Shown piece after piece: positions 19,359 to 29,452 of a stretch of DNA of 62,181 bases. The position numbers were made by a program, and so were the translations under genes. How positions within the stretch are numbered: position 1 is the stretch's first letter; every line of letters begins with the position of its first letter. The notes under the pieces are model-generated. The model was not told the origin of the DNA and did not search any database. It worked only from the letters and a program-made list of their open reading frames with translations. The DNA comes from Candidatus Woesearchaeota archaeon (GTDB lineage Archaea; Nanobdellota; Nanobdellia; SCGC-AAA011-G17; UBA489), in contig CAZUSA010000003.1 in NCBI GenBank assembly GCA_964622835.1, positions 1 to 62,181 of the forward strand, given 5' to 3'.

Positions 19359-19715
19359 TTAACATCCGCCTGCAAGCACTGCACAAACATTTTGTCCTTG
19401 TTCAATGCTTTTGTTAACAAGTTTAATGGCATCTATGTTTTTAAGGATATGGTATTGTGGTTTTTGTCGACTATTTAACACCCAGAGTTGTAAATGGTTA
19501 CGTACTATCTCGTCAACGTCTAATAATCCGCCAGCGCCCGTACCAATAATAAAAACATCTGGATTTTCTAATAATAAACTGTTAATGTGATCTGTTCGTA
19601 GTTTACGATCGGTAAGTTCTTGCCAGTAGTGTGGTTTGTTATTTTGTATTTTTAGGTCACCTAAGAATTGTTTTCCTTGAACAACAAAACATCCGTAGGT
19701 ATATTCATCTATCAT
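19359..19715 (-). CDS. Mth938/NDUFAF3-like domain protein
   Basis: IDEYTYG..IIGTGAGG..AIKLVN; C-terminal Cys. Confidence 0.75.
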   Translation of the reverse strand: MIDEYTYGCFVVQGKQFLGDLKIQNNKPHYWQELTDRKLRTDHINSLLLENPDVFIIGTGAGGLLDVDEIVRNHLQLWVLNSRQKPQYHILKNIDAIKLVNKSIEQGQNVCAVLAGGC

Positions 19716-19756
19716 ACAAAGAGAAATGAAGTGATCTATTTATAGATTATTGTAGA

Positions 19757-20329
19757 TCATCGCCACTGTTGATAGAGTCTAAAGAGTTCTTTATCGGTAA
19801 GGGGTTCTATGGACTGATGATTTACGTCATAGATGGAATAGGCTGGATCAACGAGTGTTCTCTGTCCGTATTGACCAGGAACATCAATAAGTGCACAGGC
19901 ATGGTTAACGTGTTCACCTTTGTCATCTTTGTAAACACGAGTATAGCTTCCACGTATACCCACAAGACGGGCCATGGTTAAGTAGAGGGCTGTTTGTTCG
20001 CCACAGACACCTTCCTGATCATTGAAGACTTGTATGCTGTTACGGTAGCCGTTGTGTTGTTTTTGTGTTCCATAGCCTATGGAACTTCGCATCCATCGAT
20101 ATATTTGTAGGGCTTTTTGTTTCTGTGATGGGATTTTACTACAGAGGTCCTGGACAAGATCTGTTATTTCAGGGGTGACAACAAAGGGTAAAGAAGATAA
20201 AAAACTGTCATCCATGAGAGAGAAACAGTATTCATCAGTGCGTACGCCCAACGTGGTTGTTTCAGGGTGTCCATTATGGTTGGTTGGGTCAAGTTGGTTG
20301 AGTTTTGTGAAATGGTCGAGAAGACTCAT
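19757..20329 (-). CDS. Transglutaminase-like cysteine protease domain protein
   Basis: GVCGEQ, HACAL and LVDPAY supply a Cys-His-Asp triad. Confidence 0.8.
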   Translation of the reverse strand: MSLLDHFTKLNQLDPTNHNGHPETTTLGVRTDEYCFSLMDDSFLSSLPFVVTPEITDLVQDLCSKIPSQKQKALQIYRWMRSSIGYGTQKQHNGYRNSIQVFNDQEGVCGEQTALYLTMARLVGIRGSYTRVYKDDKGEHVNHACALIDVPGQYGQRTLVDPAYSIYDVNHQSIEPLTDKELFRLYQQWR

Positions 20330-21267
20330 GAAAGAACACCAGAACGTAAGGGTTGTGAGTAAATGCCTTTATCAGCAACGAACATAGTAAGATCTTCTAA
20401 TCCTTTGTCTGCTGTTATTTGTGCTGTGTTCATAACATCAACAAGACCTTGCACGGTACTATGGGTATCACGTAAGCTGCGATGTAAACTGGCTGCTTGT
20501 AAATACGTTATAAGTGTGTGATGTAAGTGTGTACCATAATTGTCCATACGTTCTTTACCTAAAACAAGAATATTTTTCATGCCACTACACCAATCAAGAA
20601 GACCATCAACTTCTGTTAGTCCAGCACTGGTATCATCAAGTAATTTATCAAGAACAGTCATGCTTTGCATTAAAGAGTCATATTCTCGTGTTGCTCGCCG
20701 TTGTAATGTTTGTTGTGCAGCTATAGGTAATACGTCTGGAATGACTTTTGGTGTGATCCCTTCAAACGCCGTAGTAAGTGCACGTTTATGATCTTGGTAA
20801 AAGTGGTCACGTCGTACAAGATCATCGCTGTAGTCTGTTAATGTTTGTTCACGTTCAACAACGTGGTGAAATAAATGTCCGAAGTCATCGGCTTGTTGAT
20901 CAAAAAAGGTACAATACGCTTGGATAAGATCATTCGTTGTTTTTCCTTCTAATCCTTTGAAGAAGAAGGAACGAACAAGAGGTAGGTGTGCCAATTTATT
21001 ATCCCCATACCGAAGTGTTCGAACAATGGCTGTGTTGAAGGGTTGTAAGTGTGTGCCACGTTCACGGACACGAGAAACAACATCACTAAACCCTGCTATG
21101 GCACGTGTTTGTTCTTGGTGATGGTGTCGTGTTATCATACGTTCATGCTGTTGTTCAACAAGTCCCTGTCGGAAGGCTGGTAAGTCAAGAGGTTCGCGAT
21201 AAGATGTGAGTTCTGGTGGTTCTGTTGTTGATTGTTTATATCCTGGTAGTGTAAAGAGCGAAGTCAT
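20326..21267 (-). CDS. Hypothetical helical/coiled-coil protein
   Basis: 313-aa ORF coupled on both sides by ATGA overlaps. Confidence 0.7.
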   Translation of the reverse strand: MTSLFTLPGYKQSTTEPPELTSYREPLDLPAFRQGLVEQQHERMITRHHHQEQTRAIAGFSDVVSRVRERGTHLQPFNTAIVRTLRYGDNKLAHLPLVRSFFFKGLEGKTTNDLIQAYCTFFDQQADDFGHLFHHVVEREQTLTDYSDDLVRRDHFYQDHKRALTTAFEGITPKVIPDVLPIAAQQTLQRRATREYDSLMQSMTVLDKLLDDTSAGLTEVDGLLDWCSGMKNILVLGKERMDNYGTHLHHTLITYLQAASLHRSLRDTHSTVQGLVDVMNTAQITADKGLEDLTMFVADKGIYSQPLRSGVLS

Positions 21268-21557
21268 TTAACATCACCTCGTTGACGTTCAAGAGTATCA
21301 AGGTGATACAATAATTGGGGATGGTCTAACAACGTACGCAAACGATAGTCTAAAGTTCCCGTTTGTAAGGTGCCATTATCATGGAGAATGGGTAACTTTT
21401 CTTTTAATCCTGTATCAACTAAAAAGGGTTCATCACGGTAGCGTCGTATGGTGTAGCGTTCATCTTCAGAAATGCATCCATGCAGGTTATATCCTGCTAT
21501 TATTAATCCCATATATAAGAAACTTTTACCAAGTCGATCAGTAAAGGTCATTACCAT
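21264..21557 (-). CDS. Hypothetical membrane-anchored protein
   Basis: N-terminal TM; operonic overlap. Confidence 0.6.
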   Translation of the reverse strand: MVMTFTDRLGKSFLYMGLIIAGYNLHGCISEDERYTIRRYRDEPFLVDTGLKEKLPILHDNGTLQTGTLDYRLRTLLDHPQLLYHLDTLERQRGDVK

Positions 21558-21919
21558 TGGCCTCCTAAGAAGTTCACGGTTAGATCGCCAAGATGATCTT
21601 CAAGGGTGTCACGTGTTTGGTCAAGGGTATCCTGTGTTGATTCTTCAAGAAATGTTTTCAAGAGACTGTATCTATCTGCTTTTGGAAGGCCACGCCATGT
21701 TTCAAGAAGTGTTTCTTGGTTTGCATACTCTGAAACAGGATGTAAAGGGTGTGTTGCAAGGGTTCGCATTGATTGTATGGCTGTTGTGTTAAGGTGTTGT
21801 TCAGGTATTTCTGTTGGTGAAAAACCATACCATCCTACGAGTCCAGTAACAACGGCAAGACTAAGTGCAGGGAGAACGGTACGTTTTCTTGGAGAACTGT
21901 AGGTCTCGAGGAAAGTCAT
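21551..21919 (-). CDS. Hypothetical membrane-anchored protein
   Basis: N-terminal TM; first gene of a four-gene run. Confidence 0.6.
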   Translation of the reverse strand: MTFLETYSSPRKRTVLPALSLAVVTGLVGWYGFSPTEIPEQHLNTTAIQSMRTLATHPLHPVSEYANQETLLETWRGLPKADRYSLLKTFLEESTQDTLDQTRDTLEDHLGDLTVNFLGGQW

Positions 21920-22018
21920 ACCATTGAGTAAGGTAGTTGTTTTAATGGAACTATTGCTCTATTTTCCGGAAAGTTTTTTGAAACAAGAACTATTATATAT
22001 TCTTTGTAGCTTCAAAAC

Positions 22019-23263
22019 ATGATGGGGAAGGAACAAGAGGTTATTAGTGTACTACGAAAGCAGGTAACACCATCATCTGAAGAAAGGAAAAAAGTAGTAC
22101 GTATTCAACAAGATATTCTCAAAAAAATTAAAGTGCCCCATGCTGTCGCAATGGTGGGTGGTTCTGGTGCGAAAGGTACGTGGTTGGAAGGTACGCATGA
22201 TATTGATGTGTATGTAAAGTTTGCATATAGCACGTACAAACATCGTTCTGATGAATTGTCTGAAGTGTTATACAAAGCGATTAAGAAGAAGTTTCCTCGC
22301 GTATTACGTGTCCATGGTTCTCGCGATTATTTCCAAGTATCACATAAGGGGTGTACGATTGAGATTGTTCCTATTTTGGCTATTACAAAAGCGTCACAAG
22401 CAGAAAACATTACTGATTTTTCTTTTTTTCATGTGAAATATGTTAAAGATAAAATTAAGAAAAAGAAGTCATTGGCTGATGATATTCGTGTTGCTAAAGT
22501 TTTTTTGAAAGCAAATAGATTGTACGGTGCTGAGTCATATCTTAAGGGATTGTCAGGGTATGGTGCTGAATTATTGCTGTGTCATTATGGTTCGTTTAAA
22601 CGATTTGTTCATGCTGTTGCATCATGGAAACAAACAACGCTTATTGGTTCGAAGAAACGTGCAGATGCATTGAATTGGGCAAAGAAACAATCACCATTAA
22701 TTATTGTTGATCCTGTGCAACCTGATCGTAATGCCACAGCTGCGTTTGGTTCTGCATCATATGGTTCATTAAAAAAAGCGTGTCAACGGTTTGTGAAGAA
22801 TCCTTCTGTTACTTTATTTGAACGTGAACCGATTGATGTTATGAAGTTGCAAAAGAAGGGGCATCTTATGATTATTTCAGGTAAGGCCGTTTCAAAGAAG
22901 CGTGATATTGCTGGTGCAAAAGCCTTGAAGGCTTTTGAACATATAATTCGTCATCTTGATGTGTTTTCTGTTGTTCATAAGGTGTTTGAGTATGAAGACA
23001 GTGAAACAACATGGTATATTGTGACACAAAAAGAAACACTTCCTAAGGAGTTTAAGCATTATGGTCCGCCAACAACGAATCATAAGGCGTATGTTGCGTT
23101 TAAGAAGGCAAATAAACGGTATCCTATTAAGATTGATCGTAAGAAAAAGAAGTATTATGTGGTAAAGAAACGAAAATACTTTGTGCTTCGTGATGTTGTT
23201 AAGCAGATATTGCAACAAGAAGAAGTCCAATCGCGAGTGAAAAACATCTGTTTATTGGAATAG
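22019..23263 (+). CDS. cca: Class I (archaeal) CCA-adding enzyme
   Basis: GGSGAKGTWL..DIDVY, YGAESYLKGLSGY, and DPVQPDRN motifs. Confidence 0.93.
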   Translation: MMGKEQEVISVLRKQVTPSSEERKKVVRIQQDILKKIKVPHAVAMVGGSGAKGTWLEGTHDIDVYVKFAYSTYKHRSDELSEVLYKAIKKKFPRVLRVHGSRDYFQVSHKGCTIEIVPILAITKASQAENITDFSFFHVKYVKDKIKKKKSLADDIRVAKVFLKANRLYGAESYLKGLSGYGAELLLCHYGSFKRFVHAVASWKQTTLIGSKKRADALNWAKKQSPLIIVDPVQPDRNATAAFGSASYGSLKKACQRFVKNPSVTLFEREPIDVMKLQKKGHLMIISGKAVSKKRDIAGAKALKAFEHIIRHLDVFSVVHKVFEYEDSETTWYIVTQKETLPKEFKHYGPPTTNHKAYVAFKKANKRYPIKIDRKKKKYYVVKKRKYFVLRDVVKQILQQEEVQSRVKNICLLE

Positions 23264-23314
23264 TTTTCATAAGACAAAACCTATAAATACTCTTTACTGT
23301 CATAAATAGGTAAA

Positions 23315-23818
23315 ATGGGTGCTGAAGAACGTAAATATTTGTTTGAGAATACGAAGTTAAAGATCGGTACAATATTAGATTTTGGTTTGTTATACAAGCG
23401 GTTATTTTCATGGTTTGAGGTTATGGGATATGATTTTCATGAAACAAATTATGAACAGCATGATGCAGGTGGTGGTGATCTTCTGAAGATTTTTTGGGTG
23501 TCGACAAAGACCGTTGATGATTATACAAAGTTTGTTATTAAAACGAATTTTTTTATTACTGGTTTTAAGAAGGTAGAGGTTGAAAAGGATGGGTTAAAGA
23601 TGAAATTACACAAGTGCACGATTGAAATGCGTATGACGGCGTATATGGTGTATGATGTTGGTGATAAAATGAAGAAGTCTATTGGTGTTGTTGGCCGGCG
23701 TATGTATGAAAAGTTTATTGTTAAGAATAGGATGGATGATCATGAGATTCAGTTGTACATGGAAACGGGTCAGTTGTGGGATGAAATTAAGGGTTTTGTG
23801 AGTATGCATAAGTTTTGA
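23315..23818 (+). CDS. Conserved hypothetical protein
   Basis: 167-aa ORF with host-like codon usage and a TATA-like CCTATAAATA upstream. Confidence 0.75.
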   Translation: MGAEERKYLFENTKLKIGTILDFGLLYKRLFSWFEVMGYDFHETNYEQHDAGGGDLLKIFWVSTKTVDDYTKFVIKTNFFITGFKKVEVEKDGLKMKLHKCTIEMRMTAYMVYDVGDKMKKSIGVVGRRMYEKFIVKNRMDDHEIQLYMETGQLWDEIKGFVSMHKF

Positions 23819-24237
23819 CGATGAACAATAAGCGTGTGTGGTTTGTTATTGTTTTATTAGTTGTCTTAGATCAAGCTTCAAAGGTTCTAGCAATACAGCA
23901 TCTTCCTGTTATTCTTAATAAGGGTGCAGCCTGGGGGGTGTTTCAAAATGGGAAATTCTTTTTTATTATTCTTAGTGTTATTGTTTTGTATTATTGTTGG
24001 CGTTACTTGAAAGAAGAACCGTTATCGTTAGTGCTTATTACAGCTGGTATTGTTGGTAATCTTATTGATCGGTTATTCCGTGAGGGTGTTGTTGATTTTA
24101 TTAATATTCATCTCTTTAATTATCCCTGGTTTAATGTGGCTGATAGTTGTCTTGTTATTGGTGTTATTCTTATCATTGCTAAAGAAATGAAGTTACCACA
24201 TGGTAGCAGGTTTTCGTCCTATTTCCAGGGAGTCTAA
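23815..24237 (+). CDS. lspA: Lipoprotein signal peptidase (signal peptidase II)
   Basis: LDQASK, NKGAAWG, GNLIDRL, VVDFI and FNVAD; both catalytic Asp are present. Confidence 0.9.
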   Translation: MTMNNKRVWFVIVLLVVLDQASKVLAIQHLPVILNKGAAWGVFQNGKFFFIILSVIVLYYCWRYLKEEPLSLVLITAGIVGNLIDRLFREGVVDFINIHLFNYPWFNVADSCLVIGVILIIAKEMKLPHGSRFSSYFQGV

Positions 24238-24540
24238 TCGTTGGTTTAATGTATCTAAACGACTATTGACAAGGTCTAATTTGCTTAAGATTAATTCGAC
24301 GTCTTTGGGACTTATTTGTCCTTGTGATTGGTAGCGTTCTCCACTAACAGGACCAGTCTGTTGTGTACTTGGTGGTATAGAATAATTGTTCATTTCTTGT
24401 TGTCGGGGACTTAGTTGTTGATCTGCCGTTGGAAGTGTTGGTTTTTCCCAAGGCCCTGTAGTATCTCCTAAGGGTGGAAGATTGGATGGTAGGTCTACAG
24501 CTGGTTGTTTTTTATGTAATAGCTTTGCAAAAAATCCCAT
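24193..24540 (-). CDS. Hypothetical low-complexity protein with C-terminal coiled coil
   Basis: Pro/Gln-rich region followed by DVELILSKLDLVNSRLDTLNQRL. Confidence 0.7.
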   Translation of the reverse strand: MGFFAKLLHKKQPAVDLPSNLPPLGDTTGPWEKPTLPTADQQLSPRQQEMNNYSIPPSTQQTGPVSGERYQSQGQISPKDVELILSKLDLVNSRLDTLNQRLDSLEIGRKPATMW

Positions 24541-24608
24541 GATACACCTCTTTACGAGAAGATTTATAAGTGTCAATATATAAAAGATTTGTGGAAGCAC
24601 CGGAAACG

Positions 24609-26039
24609 ATGGCTAAAGAAAAAGAAGAGGGCGATGTATTATTCAAGAAATTAGTAGGTGGTAAGTTTGGTGGTAAGGCACGATATCACTTGGTGATGGA
24701 TTCTCCTCAAGCGGGTGTTGAACAGAATTATTTTAAGGTATTACGTGGGTTAACTGATTTACAACCGTTTGGTAGGGGTATTACTGGTGATCAGGGGTAT
24801 ATTGTTAAGACAAAGGATATTTATGATGCAGGTGAAACCTCATCGTATTGGGGTAATGTTGAACAACGGAAGGGTATTCAGATTGATAAGTTCCAGCAGA
24901 TTATGCAGAATGTTGGTGGTATGATTAAGGCAATGTTTCAGTTGTTGCGTGAGTTGCGTATTCTTGAAGAACGATTAGAATTTTATGAAAAAGCAAACAA
25001 GGGTGACAGTCCGTCTGAAGTGCATTTGAAATCTGTTTGGATTGATACAGTTGAAGGTGGTATTCAAAATGCAACGTCTGTATTAGGATTAACAACAAAA
25101 GTTGGTTTTGCTGCATTGGCAGATTTGTTCTTTACTATTCACCCAAAAACAAGTGATGATGTTGCACGTCGTGTAGAAGATTTAAAGAGATCGCATGGTA
25201 TTAATAAAAAAGTACGTGAAGTATTAGGGAGAAAGTTAAAACAATATTTAATTTGGCGTCAAAAAACGTATGATGAACTTTCTACGGGTCGGAGATTTAA
25301 ATTGGGATATTTACGACAACATTATTCTGTTATTAAGTTGTATTTGGATTGGTTGCGTCCATATTTAAGAAATATTAAGAAGTTGCAAATGGATATGAAG
25401 GGTAAGGCAACGGATGCGGATTTAGTTACGGCGTTTGAAACATCTAAGATTGAATTAGAATTTTTAGCTATTCGTACGAAGTATGGTAGGCAAACAGAGC
25501 GTGGAACCGTAGAAACAGAGTTTAAAGATTATTTTCCTGTTATTCGTGTGCAAATTAATTTTGTTGCTATCCCACACTTGGCCTATCAAGAAGAGGGTAA
25601 TCGTGGTGCTGTCCATCGTGGTCGTGCGGAGATCATTATTGAAGGTGCTGTGCTTACAAAAAAGGATCTTGATACATACAAAAAGAGGTTAGATGAGGAA
25701 GATATGGAGTTATTATCCTATGTTGATGAGTCTATTAATGCATTAAAGGATGAGTTACAGCATTATTTGGATCGTGCTGAAGAGGAAGGTGTCTTAAAAC
25801 CGCGACAGAAAGAGGAAAAGAAAGATAAAAAGAATGATATTCGTACAGGTGTGTTAGAACCGTTTATTGCATTGGGTGACTTCTTTAAAGAATTGGCTGG
25901 TGTAGGTGATGGTGGGAAGAAGGGAAAGAAACATGAACCTGTGCGTGGTGAAGAAGGTGCTGCAAAGGGTTCTGCAAAGACTGATGCATATTTAGGTTAT
26001 TATATTTTCAAGAAACAATCTGGGTTGTTTACTGAATAA
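24609..26039 (+). CDS. Conserved hypothetical protein (coiled-coil)
   Basis: Long ORF with host-like codon usage. No motif recognised. Confidence 0.8.
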   Translation: MAKEKEEGDVLFKKLVGGKFGGKARYHLVMDSPQAGVEQNYFKVLRGLTDLQPFGRGITGDQGYIVKTKDIYDAGETSSYWGNVEQRKGIQIDKFQQIMQNVGGMIKAMFQLLRELRILEERLEFYEKANKGDSPSEVHLKSVWIDTVEGGIQNATSVLGLTTKVGFAALADLFFTIHPKTSDDVARRVEDLKRSHGINKKVREVLGRKLKQYLIWRQKTYDELSTGRRFKLGYLRQHYSVIKLYLDWLRPYLRNIKKLQMDMKGKATDADLVTAFETSKIELEFLAIRTKYGRQTERGTVETEFKDYFPVIRVQINFVAIPHLAYQEEGNRGAVHRGRAEIIIEGAVLTKKDLDTYKKRLDEEDMELLSYVDESINALKDELQHYLDRAEEEGVLKPRQKEEKKDKKNDIRTGVLEPFIALGDFFKELAGVGDGGKKGKKHEPVRGEEGAAKGSAKTDAYLGYYIFKKQSGLFTE

Positions 26040-26081
26040 GAAAACAAAAGCATTATTAATTCATACTGGTGTGTATATAGT

Positions 26082-27962
26082 ATGATTTTTGATACGGATT
26101 ATTGGAATGCCTTGAATAAAAAAGAAAAAGAGAAGGTTACCTTAAATCCTAAACAATTAGGATATTCACTGGGTGGTGATCCTTTACAAAATTTAAAGAG
26201 TGGTATCTTTATGGGTACGGATAACATGGAGTTAACGTTCTTTAATTCTCCAGGTAAGGGTCAAGAAAAGAATACGCCGGAGTCATGGGGTAAAACTGAA
26301 CGTCGTGAGATGAAAGAACTTGCACGTGTTAACGAAGTAAATGTTTCTGTTCATGCAACACCAAATATGGGTGGTGGTCAAGCGTCATTTTCTGGTTTTA
26401 CTGGTAGGGAGTTTTCTGATCAAGCACGTCAAAAGGCTGTTGATGAGATGAAGCGTACAATTGATTTTGCTGGTGATGTTGCTGAAGGCGGTCCTGTTGT
26501 GTTACATTTGGATGGTTTTCCTCGTCCTATATTTAATCTCGATACTGTTGAAAATGAGAAGGGTGAAAAGGAACCTATGTTTTTACAGTTTGAAGAAGAA
26601 CAAAAGAAAGCACCATTACAATATGTTAATACAAAAACAGGTGATATTCAATCAATTCCACGTGACTTTCGTGTACCGATGCCTATTCCTTTGAAAAAGA
26701 ATGGTGGATACAAGACAGATAGTCAGGGTAATTTGGAGTATCAACATGATAATAAGGATGGATTACCTCAAGTAAAAATGCAGACTTTTGATGAAATAAG
26801 TAAGACATTTAAGAAATTACCTTCATCTATTCGTGATGAACATAATAATAATGAATTAAATTACTTTTTCTCTCAGACGCGAGAAGCGAGTATTCAGGAT
26901 GCAGATTCCCGACGGCATGATTATGGTGATAAGTCCAGGCAGATTGATAAGGGTATTAAAGAATTGAAAGAGAATCTTAAAAATTATGAAAAAAATATTA
27001 AAACATCAACAAATCCAGGTGTTCTTGATGATTGGGTTGCACGACATATTCTCCCTCCTAAGGAGCAAGCTAAGTTGTCTGAAGAAGAGTTTAAGCTTAT
27101 TAGAAAGGATCCTGCAAAATTTTTGAAAAAAGAAATAAATGATCTTACAGTTAATAAGGAGTATTATGAAAAAACTGCTCTTGAGTATAAGCGTCAAGTA
27201 CAACAGCAACGTGAAGAAGTTAAGTCGTACAAAAGTATTACTGATTATGGTGTGAAGAAAGAAGCTGATACGATTGCATTATCTGCGATGGAAGCGTATC
27301 TTGCAACGAAGAAGAAACATTTGAAAAAACCCTTGTTTGTTGCTCCTGAAAATTGGCAAGTTGAACAGTATGGTTCTCATCCAAAGGAGTATCGTCATAT
27401 TATTGATCAGTCTCGTAAAAACATGGCGAAACGGTTATTAAAAAATAAGTATGCGTCAACAAAAAAAGAAGCGAAAAAACTTTCTGAAAAACATATTCGT
27501 GGTACGTTTGATATTGGTCATGCAAATATGTGGAAAAAATATTACCAAGGTGATCCTAAGAAGTTTGATAAATGGTTAAACAATCACGTTAGAGAATTAA
27601 CGCGTGATAAGACGATTGGTCATGTGCATTTGTCTGATAATTTTGGATATCATGATGAGCATATTGAATTGGGTGAAGGGAATGCACCGTTACAAGATTT
27701 TTTTAAGACAATGAAGGAAGAAGGTTTCAAGGGTACGATGGTTGCCGAACCTGGTGGTCAACGGAAGGGTGAAATGCATCGTGTGTGGACATCTGCATTA
27801 GAAATGGGTGCGTCTCCTATTTATCGTGTTGATTCACGTTCAAAAACATGGACTGATGTTGACGGATCCTATTTTGGTCAAACACAATCACCGTCGTTTA
27901 TGGTTGGTGATTATTTGCCGTCTAAAGACTGGGCGTTATGGTCAGAAACACCGTTTGAATAA
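26082..27962 (+). CDS. Xylose-isomerase/EndoIV-like TIM-barrel metalloenzyme with a large insertion
   Basis: VHATP, VVLH, PEN, TFDIGHANMW and HVHLSDNFGYHDEH metal-ligand motifs. Confidence 0.8.
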   Translation: MIFDTDYWNALNKKEKEKVTLNPKQLGYSLGGDPLQNLKSGIFMGTDNMELTFFNSPGKGQEKNTPESWGKTERREMKELARVNEVNVSVHATPNMGGGQASFSGFTGREFSDQARQKAVDEMKRTIDFAGDVAEGGPVVLHLDGFPRPIFNLDTVENEKGEKEPMFLQFEEEQKKAPLQYVNTKTGDIQSIPRDFRVPMPIPLKKNGGYKTDSQGNLEYQHDNKDGLPQVKMQTFDEISKTFKKLPSSIRDEHNNNELNYFFSQTREASIQDADSRRHDYGDKSRQIDKGIKELKENLKNYEKNIKTSTNPGVLDDWVARHILPPKEQAKLSEEEFKLIRKDPAKFLKKEINDLTVNKEYYEKTALEYKRQVQQQREEVKSYKSITDYGVKKEADTIALSAMEAYLATKKKHLKKPLFVAPENWQVEQYGSHPKEYRHIIDQSRKNMAKRLLKNKYASTKKEAKKLSEKHIRGTFDIGHANMWKKYYQGDPKKFDKWLNNHVRELTRDKTIGHVHLSDNFGYHDEHIELGEGNAPLQDFFKTMKEEGFKGTMVAEPGGQRKGEMHRVWTSALEMGASPIYRVDSRSKTWTDVDGSYFGQTQSPSFMVGDYLPSKDWALWSETPFE

Positions 27963-27963
27963 G

Positions 27964-28716
27964 TTATTCGTATTTTTTACACGTGTGTTTTTTATTGGTA
28001 AAGTGGTACCATTTTTCTCGTATCCATATGTATTCTTTTTTGATGTAATCTATGTTGCGTTGGACACGATTTTTATGGATAATAATATCATGTTTTACGT
28101 CTTGTATTTTTTCTTGTCGTTTTACTTTTTCTTTGACGAGGTATCGTTCAGCTTGTTCTGATGGTGGGATTAACATTCTGAATACTTTGAAGAACGTAAA
28201 GAGTCCTAGGAAAATAAAAATAGATGTTGCAAACGTGTCTGAGTCTAGGGGTATATCGCTATAGACTAAGACTACGGATATGAATGCTAATGTGGTAATA
28301 AATGTACTACTGCTTAATAAGAAGGTTAACCGTTTGTCTAAGGCATGAAAAAAATCAATGAACATTAATCCTATGGCAGTAAATCCAAGGATGATAACAA
28401 TGAGTGTTTTGTAATAGGCTAATGTTCCTGGTCCGGCTAATGCTTCAAATCGGTAGGTGTCAAAGACGTATGTTCCTAGGTGTGTGGTAACGAATAACAG
28501 TACAATACAATTACCGTAGGCTGTATTCCAACCGAGGGTTTCGTTTTTGTGTCGTCCAAAGTAGAGTTGCACTAAAAATAGTGTAATAACAAGGGGAATA
28601 AGAACTTCGAGGGTGTCTCGTTGTTTGATGGTGAAAATAATCATTTCCCAGAAGCGTGGGATGATGGCGTCAGTAAAATATGAGAAACTCTGTGCTACAA
28701 ATTCTTGAAACTGCAT
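27964..28716 (-). CDS. Hypothetical polytopic membrane protein
   Basis: Five or more hydrophobic segments. Confidence 0.75.
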   Translation of the reverse strand: MQFQEFVAQSFSYFTDAIIPRFWEMIIFTIKQRDTLEVLIPLVITLFLVQLYFGRHKNETLGWNTAYGNCIVLLFVTTHLGTYVFDTYRFEALAGPGTLAYYKTLIVIILGFTAIGLMFIDFFHALDKRLTFLLSSSTFITTLAFISVVLVYSDIPLDSDTFATSIFIFLGLFTFFKVFRMLIPPSEQAERYLVKEKVKRQEKIQDVKHDIIIHKNRVQRNIDYIKKEYIWIREKWYHFTNKKHTCKKYE

Positions 28717-28809
28717 TTGATCACCTCTCTATTTGTCAATGGGAGGGTCCTTATAAAGATGCTGTTAAAGAGAAAGCTTAATAATAGTTGTGTGATCCTC
28801 AGTGGTATA

Positions 28810-29313
28810 ATGGATCAAAAAAAAGTTGGGATTGTATTACTTGTTTTATCGGTACTTGCTACTATTGTTATGATTGATATTATTCAAACAACAAAGTCTG
28901 TTGGTGCTCGTGAAGGGTGTTTTCAAAGTGAAGAATGTCTTGGTGCGGCAACGGCATTAGGTTTGTCTCATGTTGGTGTTGGTTTGTTGTTTGCATTATT
29001 TTCGTTAGGGGTATACATGGTTGTGTTTAGTAAGAGTGATGCATTTTGGCTTAAGAAGTTAGAACAACAAAAGCAAGGGTTAACGAATGAAGAAAAGTGG
29101 AAGATTGTTCAGTTAATGTTGGATGAACAAGAGTGGAAAGTTGTTGAGGCTGTTCGTGATCAACCGGGTATTACACAATTTACGTTACGCTTACGTACGG
29201 ATTTATCGAAGGCAAAGTTAAGTGATATTTTATCACGGTTTGAAAAGCGTGGGTTTATTGAGCGTCATCCACAAGGAAAATCATTAGCAATCTATCTAAA
29301 AACGTCTTTTTAA
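28810..29313 (+). CDS. Membrane-anchored winged-HTH protein (paralog of 4828-5355)
   Basis: 2 TM flanking a CFQSEECL loop; GITQFTLRLRTDLSKAKLSDILSRFEKRGFI. Confidence 0.8.
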   Translation: MDQKKVGIVLLVLSVLATIVMIDIIQTTKSVGAREGCFQSEECLGAATALGLSHVGVGLLFALFSLGVYMVVFSKSDAFWLKKLEQQKQGLTNEEKWKIVQLMLDEQEWKVVEAVRDQPGITQFTLRLRTDLSKAKLSDILSRFEKRGFIERHPQGKSLAIYLKTSF

Positions 29314-29452
29314 TCTCTGTGAACGGAAAGAACGTTGTTTTATCTTTTGTTTGGCTATTCTCGGTTGTTTTGTGGTATCGTTGGGGGCATAGGTTTAAGA
29401 AAAGAAATAATGCTATATTTCTATAAAACTTTTTAGTAAAGGAGATATTACT

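Noticed and set aside
20326-21267. TelA/toxic-anion-resistance assignment
   Set aside because: Only general helical character and size match; no diagnostic motif can be supported.
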